Shown in pieces: positions 41,644 through 54,172 of a DNA stretch of 64,000 bases. Every line of letters starts with the position of its first letter. Position 1 is the first letter of the stretch. The notes under the pieces were generated by a model. The model saw nothing but the letters and a program-made list of their open reading frames with translations. It was not told the DNA's origin and ran no database searches. A program made the position numbers and the translations under genes. Source of the stretch: Fistulifera solaris (lineage: Eukaryota); assembly GCA_030295235.1 (NCBI GenBank), contig AP026130.1, positions 186,001 to 250,000 on the forward strand, read 5' to 3'.

Positions 41644-44175
41644 ATGAATATCCGTCCTTCGAGCGAGGAAGAAACACCGCAAGTAACGGCGAGGCACGAA
41701 ATGCCAGAAGTCTGGCTCGAAGCGACTCCGAATGACAAGATCTGGATGGAGAAATATGGGAGACTCGTGGCTTTTCGAGAGACACGCGGGCATTGTAATG
41801 TTTCGAAAAGGTTTGAGGATGATAAGGAACTGGGATCGTGGGTTGCGAATCAAAGATTGGCATACCGCGCAGGGACTCTACGGAAAGACCGCGAAAAGCT
41901 GTTAAACAAGATAGAGTTTTCGTGGGCTTCAACTAAAACTACAACGTCTTGGATGGATCGCTACAATCAGCTTGTTGCTCTTAAAGAGAAAAACGGCCAC
42001 TTCAAGATCACAGCAGATAACTTGCCTCTGAGAAATTGGTTGAATACCCAGAGAATGTTTTACAGGTCGGGCACATTACGTCAAGAGCGCAAGGATTTGC
42101 TCGACGAAATCGGCATGGTATGGAATGTAAGAAACGGACGCCATAGTCCTGTCGCGCCGGCACCGAAATTCGATTTGACTGCTCTGCAGAATAATGAAGA
42201 ATCGTGGAATCGAATGTTTGCGCGATTGAAGGAATTTTATCAGCAAAATGGGCACACCGATGTTCTAGCGAACTCGGATGACTTGGAACTCTTGCAATGG
42301 GTTTCGCTGCAACAAAACTTGCACAAACTAGGGCGATTAGATGAAAAGTATGAAAAGGTGCTTTGTGAGATCGGATTTTCATGGGAGTCGCAGTTACAAC
42401 AGGATAAAAATGCCACCAAGAATGATCGCCAAATGCCATTGACCCGAGAGGATGAACTTTGGCTGTCCCAGTTTTTACTGCTTTGTGACTTTCAACAGCA
42501 ACATGGGCACACGAATGTGCCACATACGAGCGAGACCAGTGCGTTGGCTCAGTGGTGGCTTGTTCAGCAACGTCTCATGAAGAGAGGTAGACTATCGGAT
42601 GAAAAGAAACAGCAGCTCCGACGTTTCTTACGGGCCGAGTTGGCGATGACAGCAGCCTCTTCGTCGAGCAAAACATCTCGTGAACCACAAGTCGCATCTG
42701 TAAACAATGTTCCAACAACAGGACCAGTTGGTAGTCATGCATTAGTTTCGGAAGCTCACGGTGTCCAGTTTCTAAATGGGGGTCGCAATCAAGGGTAAAG
42801 GCGACAGCGGCAGAAGCTTCGTCGGCTGCGGTGGCGTCTTCCGATGTCGATGCACCGAGGATTATCCAGAAGTTCGCCATAGGTACTCGGATAGAGAAGG
42901 CGTTTGAGGTGGACGGAGTGTTGCAGGTATTCGGTGGCAATATCTTTTCGTTTGAACAGTTTGAAGAGGACGACGGTACTCACACGTGGGGTTATATGAT
43001 CCACTATGACGATGGCGATAAAGAACACATGCTTGAAGCAGATGTAGAGAAGAACCTCGTTGTCGCGAAGAAACTCAAGCGTGCGACGAAAAGTCACCAA
43101 AATTTGAAGTTGTCGAAACGAGCGAAACGAACGTGTCCATTTAGCAATGACGCACATTTAGCGCCGTCCGCGGAGACAACAATCCCATTTATTTCGAATG
43201 AAGCCACCGCGTCCCCTGTCCAGGACACAGGAACAAGCAATGATAAAAATTCCACAGAAACTCTTAGAGACTCATCAAAGTTTAGAGCAGAAACAAAGAA
43301 AGCATCTGGAGAAGATGAGGCTGGACGAGAATCTCGTGTAAGGGACGCAAAGCTGTTGCGGCAACCACCAAACACAGCTTCTCAAGAGAAAGTACTAGCG
43401 AGTTCGAAATTGATGAATAAATCAGAAAACGATAGCTCATCGTCAGAGGATGAGCCTTTGCATTTGCTGGTACGCAAACAAGCTCGGCCGGGTAAAAGAA
43501 AAGCCAACCAAGACAATCAAAGCGGTGGAGCTGATCTGGAGCAGGTGTATTTGCCAGATTGCCCTGAAGTCCAGACGGGTGCAACGACAATAAATAATCA
43601 AAGAGCGATACAAGATGAAGCCGTGCGCAAGGATTACATTTTGCGCTTGCCGATTAGCCAACAAATCAACGAAGGAAAAGAGAGTCACGGTGAATCTGTG
43701 GATAAGGATCATCAGCTGCGAATGGATGTCAGGCATCAATATCAAAGTGCTGCAAATCATGCATCTCAAAAGAAAGCGATACAACAAGAGCTTGCTGATA
43801 AGGATCAGCAGTTGCATATGCCGGTGAGCGAGGAGTATCATTGCACCGCAAAGAAAGCGAATAAAGCGAAAGAGATTCAACATGAAATAATGTACCTTGT
43901 CGACGATGAAGAGCCAACGATAGCTGATCCGCCGCAAACTTCGATTGAAACGGTGAATCATCCTCCCAGAAATTCCCGACGGGCACGACTATTTCGAGAA
44001 AGTTCTTTGATCTGAGTGACAATTAACGTGAAAGTCATACAGGGGTAACGTCATTGACTTTGTTTACCTGACACGGGAAAAGGGCTGGTTTTATTTTGTT
44101 CAGTACGACGATGGAGACACGGAGTTCATGGACGAACGGGAGGTAGCAAAATTCTCGGCGTCAATGCAACGTTAA
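41644..44175 (+). CDS. HA repeat x4 + two Tudor-like domains, paralog 2 (frameshifts ~42780, ~43970-44030)
   Basis: High nucleotide identity to paralog 1 (e.g. CCAGAAGTCTGGCTCGAAGCGACTCC; CAGTACGACGATGGAGACACGGAG). Confidence 0.82.
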
Positions 44176-44669
44176 AGCGGGTCTTTTGAGAGCTTTGACC
44201 GATCTGGTCTGGAAGCAGAACTCACAATCGGCCAGGTAACGTGTGTTTTTATATATATATAGAATAGGTAACGATGATAAGAATGTTTCTACGATTATTA
44301 AGGTACGCCAGCACCGACGTGATGGTCGTTTTGCTTTGTATAGTTTCTAGAAGCAAAAATCATCATTTTTAGTGAGCTACTCACTCTATAATCTTTCATC
44401 CGAGCTACTTCATTGTGGAAACATTTGAAGAAAGCGATGATCCATCAAAAGCTAACCTTAGTTTTTTCGGGATAGTCGCGCGAAGGCGCGCACTTTGTGC
44501 GATTGGGAAAAATCTTCGGCGAGCGCGAGGCGCCAAATAAGAAACGAATGACAAAAAGAAATCTCGATGCAATTTTAGTGCAAACATTAATAGAAAAGAA
44601 CGACCTGCAAAACCATTCCTTGAGTGTAAAAAAATAAAGACTTTTGATTCTTGTTTACAACTAGGCGGG

Positions 44670-46321
44670 ATGGATGCGGAAAGAGGAAACGCGCGAGTCG
44701 ACGCTAATCTGGATGAAGCCTGGATGGAAAAGTACCGGCGGCTCGATGCGTACAAACAGGTACACGGCCATTGCCGAGTTCCCCAATCGTATGAGGATCG
44801 TTCGCTGGCTTGCTGGGTTGGAAATCAGCGATCGATGCAACGAGCAGGCACCTTGCGGGACTATCGCGAGCGTTTATTGAATGATTTGGGTTTCACTTGG
44901 AGCAAGCCACGCGCGATCTCAGAACTCCAAATTTGGATTGAGAAATACAATCAACTGATTACATTTCACCAAGAAAATAGACGCTTTGATGCCTCACCCG
45001 CGGAGGACAAGGATTTGAACACCTGGGTGAGCACTCAGCGAGAGCAGTACAGGTCGGGAACCTTGCCGAAAGATCGACAGGAATTGTTGGAAAAGATTGG
45101 CTTTGTTTTTTGCGGGAACGCCAGCAACCAGCGAGGTGATACGGATAAGGCGATGCATACAATTCACGAAAATGAACGAGCATGGAATCAAATGTTTGAT
45201 CGGTTGTGCGCATTTTCGCTGCAACATGGACACACAGATGTTGCAGCCGGTGTAGATAACCAGGATCTAGCAGAATGGGTCTCTTTACAACGAAGCTTGC
45301 ACAAAGAGGGACGCCTTGATGAGAAGCACATTGAGGCTCTCACTGAAATTGATTTCTCGTGGGAGACTGCGGACGAACTAGCGGAGGACGACCAAAAAGT
45401 GCCCAAGACCGATGAAGAAGTGTGGATGTCACATTTTGAGTTGCTCTGCAATTTCAAAAGGCAGCATGGGCACATGCTTGTTCCGCGGAGTGGCGAAACA
45501 AGTACATTAGCCCAATGGCTTTTTGCTCAACAACGACTTCTTTACAGTGGTATGTTGTCGGAAGACAGGATGAAACTGCTCGCAGGCGCCTGGATTACTG
45601 AATCGTTCGAAATGGTAGCGGCCACTTTGGCTACTAAGCAGAGTGATGTACCGGGAGTAAAATGCGATGAAGATGTCGTTGCAAGCACCGGTAACCCGTC
45701 ATCGAGTAACATTGTGTCGGTGGGCGTAAAAGTGAACCACCCGCTGCTGAAGCCACGACTCATCTATCCGCGCCTATTGTTCCAGCAAGAAGTCATGCAA
45801 AGGAAGCGACACTGCCTCCTAAGATTGAGAAGGAGACACCAGCGGTAGGTCAAAAGTTTACGATCGGTACACGGGTCGAAAAGCTTTTCAAAGCAAGTGG
45901 AGGGTTGCAGGCATTCGGTGGGACTGTCATTGCCTTTGAGGAGTACGAAGAGAAAGATGGCACAGCAGCATGGGCGTACTTGATTCTTTATGACGATGGC
46001 GACCAAGAGCACATGCTTGAGGCCGACGTGGCAAAGCATCTTGCTGGCTCAAAACGAAAGAAGCGTTCGGTGAAGAGTCCGCCGAGACCCAGGTCACCCA
46101 AGCGACAGAAACAGCCGAAAGCGACAAGTTCCGATGTAGCGCAAATTGTTCCAAGCCCGGTCAGGAGCAGTCGAGGCTGTGGGAAATCTGTTGTAGACGT
46201 CGCAGGAAACAAGATTCCTGGAATGGTAGCTAGTGCTCGCGTTTCGCGCGTTCGCGATACAAAGCTACCTCCGTTTACCACCAGCAAATCTGCAGTGAAG
46301 GGAAAAGCTTCGGTCAAGTAG
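44670..46321 (+). CDS. HA repeat x4 + one Tudor-like domain, paralog 3 (diverged; frameshifts ~45760-45900)
   Basis: Four HA repeats (HGHCRVP, HGHTDV, HGHMLVP), then FGGTVIAF...YLILYDDGDQEHM. Confidence 0.78.
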
Positions 46322-46838
46322 CCAACATAGTAACAACAGATACATTTCTGTGTAACCCGTACAAAATGCTCAGACGGTCTAGAGTAGGAGGGGAAAACAG
46401 ACTAGAATATCCCCTAAGTTTTCGACGGTAGAAGATGGTTGAACTACAATGGGGGCTCAGTTTTGCTTCTACACCGTCATTTCGTCTTAAAAACATAGTA
46501 ATCGCTGTGCGTTTAAACTACCGAACATAGAGTTTGAAAACCGCTAATCTTAAAAAAATATAGCTTGACATTTTTATTTCTATTGTCTAGGCTACCAGTA
46601 CAAAGCTACCTTAGCTACAAATACGACTTACATTTGTGAGTCATGAGGAATGGGAAGGGGGACCCCTAAATGCTGAACCTTAACCCTAAAAACCGTTTCT
46701 CGACGAAAATCTTCCGAGCGCCAAAAAGAAAAGAAAAAAATGAAGCTTCAACAGAAAAAAAGATCTGCATGTATTATTTGAAGGCTCGAAGGGAGCCATC
46801 TTCTTTGGTAGTCATTTCGAGAACAAACCAAAAAGCAG

Positions 46839-47615
46839 ATGACGCTGGTTTTTCGAACAGCAGCGCCGCGTGTCCATCTCCTGACGCTACTCTTGCTCGT
46901 CGACCTTTATCGTGGGTTCACTCCGAAAGCAACCACGACGTGTTCGTTCCAGCATCATCTAGCCAAAGGTAACAGAGAAGCACCCGAAGTAACCAACAAT
47001 CCATTCACAAAAGCCTCTTGGTATGCTGTTGAAGCCTTTGGAAAAGTATTTGGATCTCCCGTAAAGAGTGTCGACGATGAGCTTGTTACCATCGATCGTT
47101 CGAGGCCTCCATCGTCGATGGAAGAGACCATCCAGCGACTGAAACAAGACAATAATCGACAGTACTTTTTGTCGGGAACCGTCGATGAGCTGATATATGA
47201 TGAAGATTGCACCTTTTCGGATCCCTTTGTATCCTTTCAAGGGAGAAGACGCTTTGTCGAAAATTTGCAAAATTTGGGATCGTTCATTGCCCAATACAGT
47301 GCCAAGCCGCTAGATTACACACAAGAGGACATGGACGGATCGATCGTGGTGCAAACCAAATTTATGGTCAAATTGGAACTCAAGCTTCCGTGGAAACCCG
47401 TATTGGCATGGCCGTGGGGCGTTGTTTGCACCATTGATCGGGAAACGAAGTTAATTGTGAAGCATCAGGAACTTTGGGACATTGCGCCTTGGGACGTAAG
47501 TACTGATGATCGATGTTTGCTTTTGCTGTCTGTACGACCTAACTCTTTGTTTCATTATGGTTGCGCTTTATAGGGAGTCAGGCAAATTTTTCGAAAACCC
47601 ACAACTTCCGTGTAA
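46839..47615 (+). CDS. Plastid-targeted DUF2358/SnoaL(NTF2)-like protein (intron 47496-47573)
   Basis: Signal peptide plus GF; YFLSG....IYDEDCTFSDPFVSFQGR, LKLPWKP and IVKHQELWD. The GTAAG...TAG intron gives WD-GVRQIFRKPTTSV*. Confidence 0.8.
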
Positions 47616-47657
47616 CGTATAAAGTAAAGAATTACTATTTGTTGCCTTATTCTCTCT

Positions 47658-48614
47658 TTAGCCCCCAAATTGATTCTCGTAAATCATTTCTTCCCGCGGA
47701 TAACGTCGACTCCGCCAATCAAGATTCGTCATTGGTGATGCCGCTCGGCCGGTCGCAATCACCAACGGAATCGCGTAACGACTGGGAATCCGCAAGACGC
47801 GACGAATGCCGGGTCCATCGATGCCTTCCATGGGTATCGTCGCCAAGCCCCGTGACGAACAGGCCAACATGTACGTCATGGCCACCAACATGGCGTTCTT
47901 CGTCGACCATGTTTCGGTACTACTCAACGTGGGAAGCGTGGGTGGAAGTCGTAAGATGCGAGTCACGATATTCAGCATCGACATGGCCCATCGAAAGGAG
48001 AACGAAAGGATCGCTGATAGAATTCGTGGCAATGGATATCCGGAACTGAAGACAGCAATGTAGAACGCCAACAGTTTGGTCATTTGGCGATTTTGCTGTT
48101 GCAAAAACTGTGAAAAACGGGGCAATGTTTTCAACACTTTCCGATCGGCGAGAAAGACGGCCGTGCAATCGGCATCACGGACACGGTCCGCATTCGGACC
48201 CAAACAATACCGCGAAAGCGCCAACTTTTGTTCCGGATTATGTACCATAACGACTTTATAGGGTTGTGTGTTGAAGGAAGACGGCGCCAGTCGCGCCATA
48301 TCGATGCATTCGAGTGCCTGGCGAATGATTTCGGGATCCGAGGGTGATGCCGTAACGCATTCGGGCACTGTAGCATTGGCACGTTGAAAGCTTTTGCAAG
48401 CGAATCTTGACATGACGGCTTGATCGAACGACAATATATTCCTATTATTGCTGCTTTGCGATGTATCTGCTGCCGAAGACGAGAAGAGACTGGATCTGTA
48501 GGGCAAGCGAGGCGCCACCGAATAGCATTCGCCGATGGGAAACTGTGTCAGAAGAATGGCTAGCCCTACGAGCCATGCTATCAGCTCCAGTCGCCTTCGA
48601 ACAAACATTGCCAT
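47658..48614 (-). CDS. Nitroreductase-family flavoprotein with signal/plastid presequence
   Basis: SRFACKSF, ARLAPSSFNTQPY, MLACSSRGLATIPMEG and IPLVIATG. Confidence 0.88.
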   Translation of the reverse strand: MAMFVRRRLELIAWLVGLAILLTQFPIGECYSVAPRLPYRSSLFSSSAADTSQSSNNRNILSFDQAVMSRFACKSFQRANATVPECVTASPSDPEIIRQALECIDMARLAPSSFNTQPYKVVMVHNPEQKLALSRYCLGPNADRVRDADCTAVFLADRKVLKTLPRFSQFLQQQNRQMTKLLAFYIAVFSSGYPLPRILSAILSFSFRWAMSMLNIVTRILRLPPTLPTLSSTETWSTKNAMLVAMTYMLACSSRGLATIPMEGIDGPGIRRVLRIPSRYAIPLVIATGRAASPMTNLDWRSRRYPREEMIYENQFGG

Positions 48615-48837
48615 CTTATTATTGTGTTCGAGGATAAAAAGTAAATAGACCGTTTATTATCTATCTATTGTTAATTATGTGTTTGACGACGCGACGATCG
48701 CCATCATTATTTTTTATCATCGTCCCCGTCGCGCAGTGGGGTATAAGGTCTCCATAGTAGGGTTAGAAATAATAAATCTGATGTTCCGGCTCCCAGAAAA
48801 TCTGGAAGTGTATTCACACTTCGTTTCATTACGACTC

Positions 48838-48858
48838 ATGACTGAAAAGTAGTCGTGG
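48838..48858 (-). repeat. Dispersed intergenic element, copy 4 (CCACGACTACTTTTCAGTCAT on minus)
   Basis: 18/21 match to copy 1, reverse orientation, ~220 bp upstream of the piggyBac-like ORF. Confidence 0.6.
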
Positions 48859-49078
48859 ATAGATGAGGTACTCCGTAACATTTTTCAACTATACGGAGCA
48901 AAGTAGTAAATACAGTTGTCATTTTTGTAGCAGACGGAAACTCTGAAGTGCTGTGTCTGCCCATCAACGCCTCGCTCGCGTTTATTATTATCATCGCGTC
49001 GCGTCGGCATTTTGCAAAACGCATTGTTGCAATTGAAAACATCACACGTTGCCGTAGAAGACACCTTGTTCCAGCACA

Positions 49079-52036
49079 ATGACGACCCAAACGGATTGGC
49101 TGGCTCAAAAGATCCTACAGGAATGTCAGGCCCGCACGGAAGGATGGAACGAAGACCTCTCCGACAACAAGCCCTGGAAGCTGCTCACTGAAAAGGAATT
49201 TGCCGAGCAATTTTTAACCACAAGTCTCCATGATTCGTTTCGACAAGCGGCCCAAAGTATTCCGGAAGAAGTGTTTCGTGTCGGCAATGACTACTCTCAG
49301 TCGACCGACGCCTTTCGCGTGCTCTTTTCGGACGATGCGATTCAAAAGTTAGTCGATTGCACGAACGGTTATTTACGGCATAATGGAATTTTTCCCGAGA
49401 CGAATATCCAAGAATATCGGGAGTTTCTCGCGCACAAATTTCTGCTCAGTCGTTATCGATGCGAAGCTATCTTTCGCGATATGTTGCCCATGCTGGCGAA
49501 CCAGCACGGCTTTCACGCCATGAATTGGCAACGTTTCCAGAATCTGTACAAATGCACGCATGGATATCCCATCGAGGAACATTCAAACCATGATAATGAT
49601 GTGTGGCAGCAGCGGAAACCAGTGCTTCGGAAATTGAATGAATTAGAGCGTTTACTATTCGAACCTTCGATGAAGTTCATGTTGAACAAGAAATCCGGAA
49701 TCCTGGCAGTCGACGAAGAGCGCTTGAACTGGCGAAGAAGGGAGGAGTACGACTATGAGGACAGAGAACCGCCCGCCAATGGACCGGCCTGTGACCGTAT
49801 TGTTGACGCACTCACCGGTGTCGTGTTTGGGATGCGGCTTCGTGTTCGGGGCGAATCGCCGCGAGAAAATGTCGAGGAACTATTACAGACATTGCCTCCC
49901 ATCGCTGCGCCCGACCAAGTTCGAGTCTGTTTCGATGAAGAGTACGGCAACATGCGGTTTCTGACGAAAAATGTCTGGGAACGAAACTTGGACGTTATCA
50001 ATCGTGCGAGACAGTATTATTCCAATCATCCGTTTATTACAGAAGAGGAGATCGCGAGTAAACGTAATGAATGGAAGGAGGCGAACATAACGGATCAAGT
50101 TCAGCAAGAGGCGTATGATAAGTTTGAGCCGTTTATTTTGGATGATAGGTCGAATCTCCGAATTGTAACTAAAACTCTACCCAGTGATGAGACGAAACGC
50201 ATCCGAGCAACTGCGTTGAGAGACAGTTTTGATCCTTTGTCTACCTGCAAGCTTCATCGCATCTTTTCGAGCGGAGGGGACGAAATGTCCGGTGTATGGG
50301 TGGCGAAAACGGAAGCGACGACTGTTCCATACAAAACTCTCTTCAAAAATCGATCCTGTCCATTGCCCATAGAAACGCAATTACTTGAGACCTGCCATCC
50401 GATCACTTTGATGCAGGAAGCAGCGGATTGGTTATGTCAGCGAGCGTTTCGGTTATCAGGCTCTCTCACCGGACTTTTTCTTGAAAGTGAGACATCGGAG
50501 CAGCCGGGAGTGGACTTGAGAGTTGTGCGTATGCGACAGTGTTTGGACTCATGGTTTGGGTCGCAGCGGCCAACTATAGCAATGCCAGAAGAGGATGAAT
50601 ATGAAGAAGAGCCTATTATCAATGAAATTATGAGGTTTCCTTGGATCACGGAAGTGTACGAGATTGGCCTTGTGGAATGGAAAAGGGCGCCATTTATTGC
50701 TGTTTCTCCGGATGGAGTGGCCGAGTTTTGCCACAATGATGCATCGCATCATGCATGCATTTTGATAAAGAAGAGAACAGATTGGTCAGACATAGAAGAT
50801 GCCGAAGAAGTAGCATCGATTCATGGGTCAGTTGTGCATTGTAAGTTTGGTGATGACGTGTTCAAGGATTGTGTTCCTTTGGGTGATCGCCACGAGTTGC
50901 TGCAGCATGCAATAGTGACTGGCCTTGACTATGGCATTTTCGTCACAAGCAAACAAGAAATTGGAGACGAAACAAAGATCGTTCAAGTCGTTGTTGTTGC
51001 GATCCAAGCGAGCGACAAATATGAAGCTTCATTATCAATTCTGAGTTTAGGCAAAGACCTACTTGGATGGCTATTCGAGCCAGCCATCATGGCACGATGC
51101 TATTTAGTCGAGTCTAGTTTTCCAGAATGGTTACCGAGCGCATCACAGGAGGCAAACATCATTCGAAATCACTACAAACTATGGGTCGCCCAGTACAAAC
51201 AGATCCGAAACGACGGTGTCAAGTACAACCCCACTCTTCCTCTTGAATCATACGAGTATTCCGAGCAGCACCTGTACAACCTGGCAAGAAAGTCATTAAA
51301 GAAACATAGAGCTGATCGCAAGGACCTTTCCATTGACTTAGATGTTTCAGATGAAACAAGATATGTGTTTGAAATGATTGATGCGGTTTTCTACAACCAC
51401 TGGAGGTTTGCGCAGGGAATTGATAAAGTCTTACCATTCTTGGAGGCTAATGTAACGAAGACGATTTATGAAAAAATAAGTGAGAGAATGTTGCAGCTTG
51501 AATTGTCCAGCCATGTGTATAAAATGCCATTGGATTTCCTTGCCAAGTCCGCAATCGATAAACGAATTGGGAAGGAAGTTGGGAGTCGCATGAGGCAACA
51601 ACTTGTTGTGAGCGAGAAAGAAACAGACACGGATGTAATGAAAGATGTCGAAAAGTTGAAACGCAAACGCAAGTTCCCTGTTGGAAAGAATCGACCGCAG
51701 ATATTCCATCGTGAGCCAGCCTTGAAGAGGCTTCGATTAGCGACAACACCAACTCATATGCCAGTAAACAAAGGCAAAGAACACTACGGCAACTTATGTG
51801 CTTTGTGTGGTGTTTGTAGGACCAGCGTTTGGTGCGAGATCTGTTGTGTCCCCCTGTGTTCGGGAAGGCATTTTACTTTGTGGCATTCCGCGGATGACCT
51901 ACTTGAGACTCATGTAACAGAGAAAGCAGAATCACTAAAAGCAAAAGTAAAAGCACCACCAGCAGCAGCAGCAAGTAACACACAAGATGATGAAGAAGAT
52001 GCCTCGGACGCCCAAAGCGACGAGAGCAATAAGTGA
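49079..52036 (+). mobile_element. piggyBac-like (PGBD) transposase-derived ORF with an embedded YqaJ/lambda-exonuclease domain and C-terminal Cys-rich zinc ribbon
   Basis: PGBD N-terminal motifs FRVLFSDDAIQKLVDCTN, EYREFLA and MNWQRF. Acidic sites AVDE (49712) and CFDEEY (49934). YqaJ motifs QEAADWLCQRAFRLSGS, GLV...PFIAVSPDGV and LQHAIVTG. C-terminal CALCGVCRTSVWCEICCVPLC...HF..WH. No TIR or TTAA ends found. Confidence 0.72.
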
Positions 52037-52263
52037 GACCAGCATAATACAGTAGGTCATTCAGGCTAGCGGAAACTCCAGTGACTGTGCAAAGCCTATT
52101 TCACAAATACTTAACGAATATTAACAAACTCATTATTATTTGTTCTATGCGCAAATCTTTGAAATTAAAAATTTAGCACGTGCAATCTATTTTACAGGAG
52201 CTTGGTCCATGATGCAAGATTCCGGGTGCGATGGAATTCCCAGAAGTTTCATCGTTCGATCGC

Positions 52264-53838
52264 TTAGATGCGCTTCTTGCTTTCTTCCGGGTTGGAGAAA
52301 ACGGCATCCGGCTTGGCCTTCTTGTATCCGCCAATGAGCGACTTGATGGTGGTACCAAGAAGCTTCAGGTCATCGAGGGGGTTGTTTCCCTGCACCGTCT
52401 TGTACAAGTACGAGTCGAAAGTGACTTGTTGCACGTACTTGGACTCGCACAATTCCACAAAGGCTTCGCGGGCTCCGTTGTTGGAGTAGAATACTCGCTG
52501 GAGGATGTCAAGAACGGCGTAAGTGGGTCCGTACAAGTTGTCGTACTTCTTGATGTAAGTACTTTCAATCTCGGCCTGAGAGGGAAGACGAGATCCACCC
52601 TTCATGAGGGCCACAATTTCTTCGGCCGCCATGCGTCCCGACTTGGCGGCAAAGTAGATACCTTCACCCGAGCACTTGGTGACGTAGCCCGCGGCATCAC
52701 CGACTAAGGCGATACGTCCTTGAACACGACGAGGACGGTAATGCTCGGGGATGGGGTGGGCCTCGACCTTAATAATCTTTCCTCCGGCAATCTTGTCACC
52801 GGCACGGTCGCGGATGGCCTTTTGGTATTGCTTAATGGCCGGACGGTTGACCACGGTTCCAGTTCCGACACCGACGTGATCGTACTTGGGGAAGACCCAT
52901 CCGTAGAAATCGGGAGACACATCATCACCGACATACATCTCCGCCATCTCCTCGTAGAATTTCATCTTCTCATCGGGGATCTTAATGCGCTCCTGGAAGG
53001 CAATGGCAAAGTTGTACAAACCGGCATCCATGGCCTTGGCCACACGCGAGTTGGCACCATCGGCACCGACAATCACATCGACATCCATGGTCTTGGCCAC
53101 ACCGGCCTTGGATCCTTCCGTGTATTCTTGGTAGTGGATGGTGTATCGGCTGTCTTCGTTGGTTTTGTGGTCCGCGGGGACATCGATGCTGGTCACCAAA
53201 CCGTTGACAATCTCCGCACCGTACTTTTGGGCACGGTCACGGAGGTATTGGTCCAAGATTTCACGACGGCACATACCAATGTATTCATCCGGCTTCAATG
53301 TGCTTCCGATAGAGACCTCAACACCCGTGGGAGACACCAGATTCATTTGACGGACCTGGAGAAGAAACAGAGAACGAAGAATGAGATTACGTCAGCGAAC
53401 GATCATGACCGGAGTCGAACGCTCGAGCGACATTGATTCAGAGCAAGACAGTCTCGAGCACGACAGGTGTGTTCTGATGTCTCCGATAGAGAGAAAAACG
53501 GTACAAGCGTCATAAACAACAGAAGCGCATCGTACCTTACGGTCCACCACCGACTCCGGAAGGTCGAATTCGCCCACCATGCAGAGAGGAATGGCTCCAC
53601 CGCACGGCTTGGCGTTGTCGAGCTTTCGCTCAATCAAAACGGTATCAATTCCCTTCTCTTGAGCAAAGATTTCCGCCGCGCAGGCACCCGAAGGACCTCC
53701 ACCGACGACGGCCACCTTGTATTTCATGTCGAGGGCCGACGACGAGGTGGGGACGCCGACGAGGCTTCTTCCGGTGAAAGAAGAGAAGGCTGACGCGGAA
53801 GCGACAACTCCAGCGAGAGTAACAAGAGTGAACTTCAT
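52264..53838 (-). CDS. chlP: Geranylgeranyl reductase (plastid; intron 53356-53535)
   Basis: ASAF presequence; VAVVGGGPSGA, KPCGGAIP, GADGANS, YGWVFPK and GDAAGYVTKCSGEGIY. The intron joins VDRK-VRQM. Confidence 0.96.
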
Positions 53839-54172
53839 CTTTATCTGGTGTAGGATTTGGCTTGAAAAGTACCGAGATGATTGGGAAGGAAAGTGATGGA
53901 GAGAAGATTTATGTTAATGGGTCGACGAAGTTGAACCTTTTCGTCGGTCGCGGCGATCCGCAGAATCCAATGTACAAGTACGTAGCCGTCCTACTTGGAG
54001 CCATTCTGTGGTGGGATCTTTGCGATCGGGCAGCATTTGGAAAGTTCAAAAGGAACTTCAACATGAATGGAATCCTTTTGAAAAATAAAAACACCTATAT
54101 TTTCTGTCACGATTCCCATTCGGTACTCCAACAGCTATAGTCGTTTCCGGATCCAAGAAAATAGTTCACGTA

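Noticed and set aside
38193..46321. Helicase genes or an inserted viral/phage segment
   Set aside because: Only HA repeats are present, with no Walker A/B or DExH motifs and no viral hallmark genes.
48720..48770. tRNA-like or TIR-like GC-rich hairpin upstream of the transposase-like gene
   Set aside because: No cloverleaf and no matching inverted copy or TTAA-bounded end downstream of 52036 that I could find.
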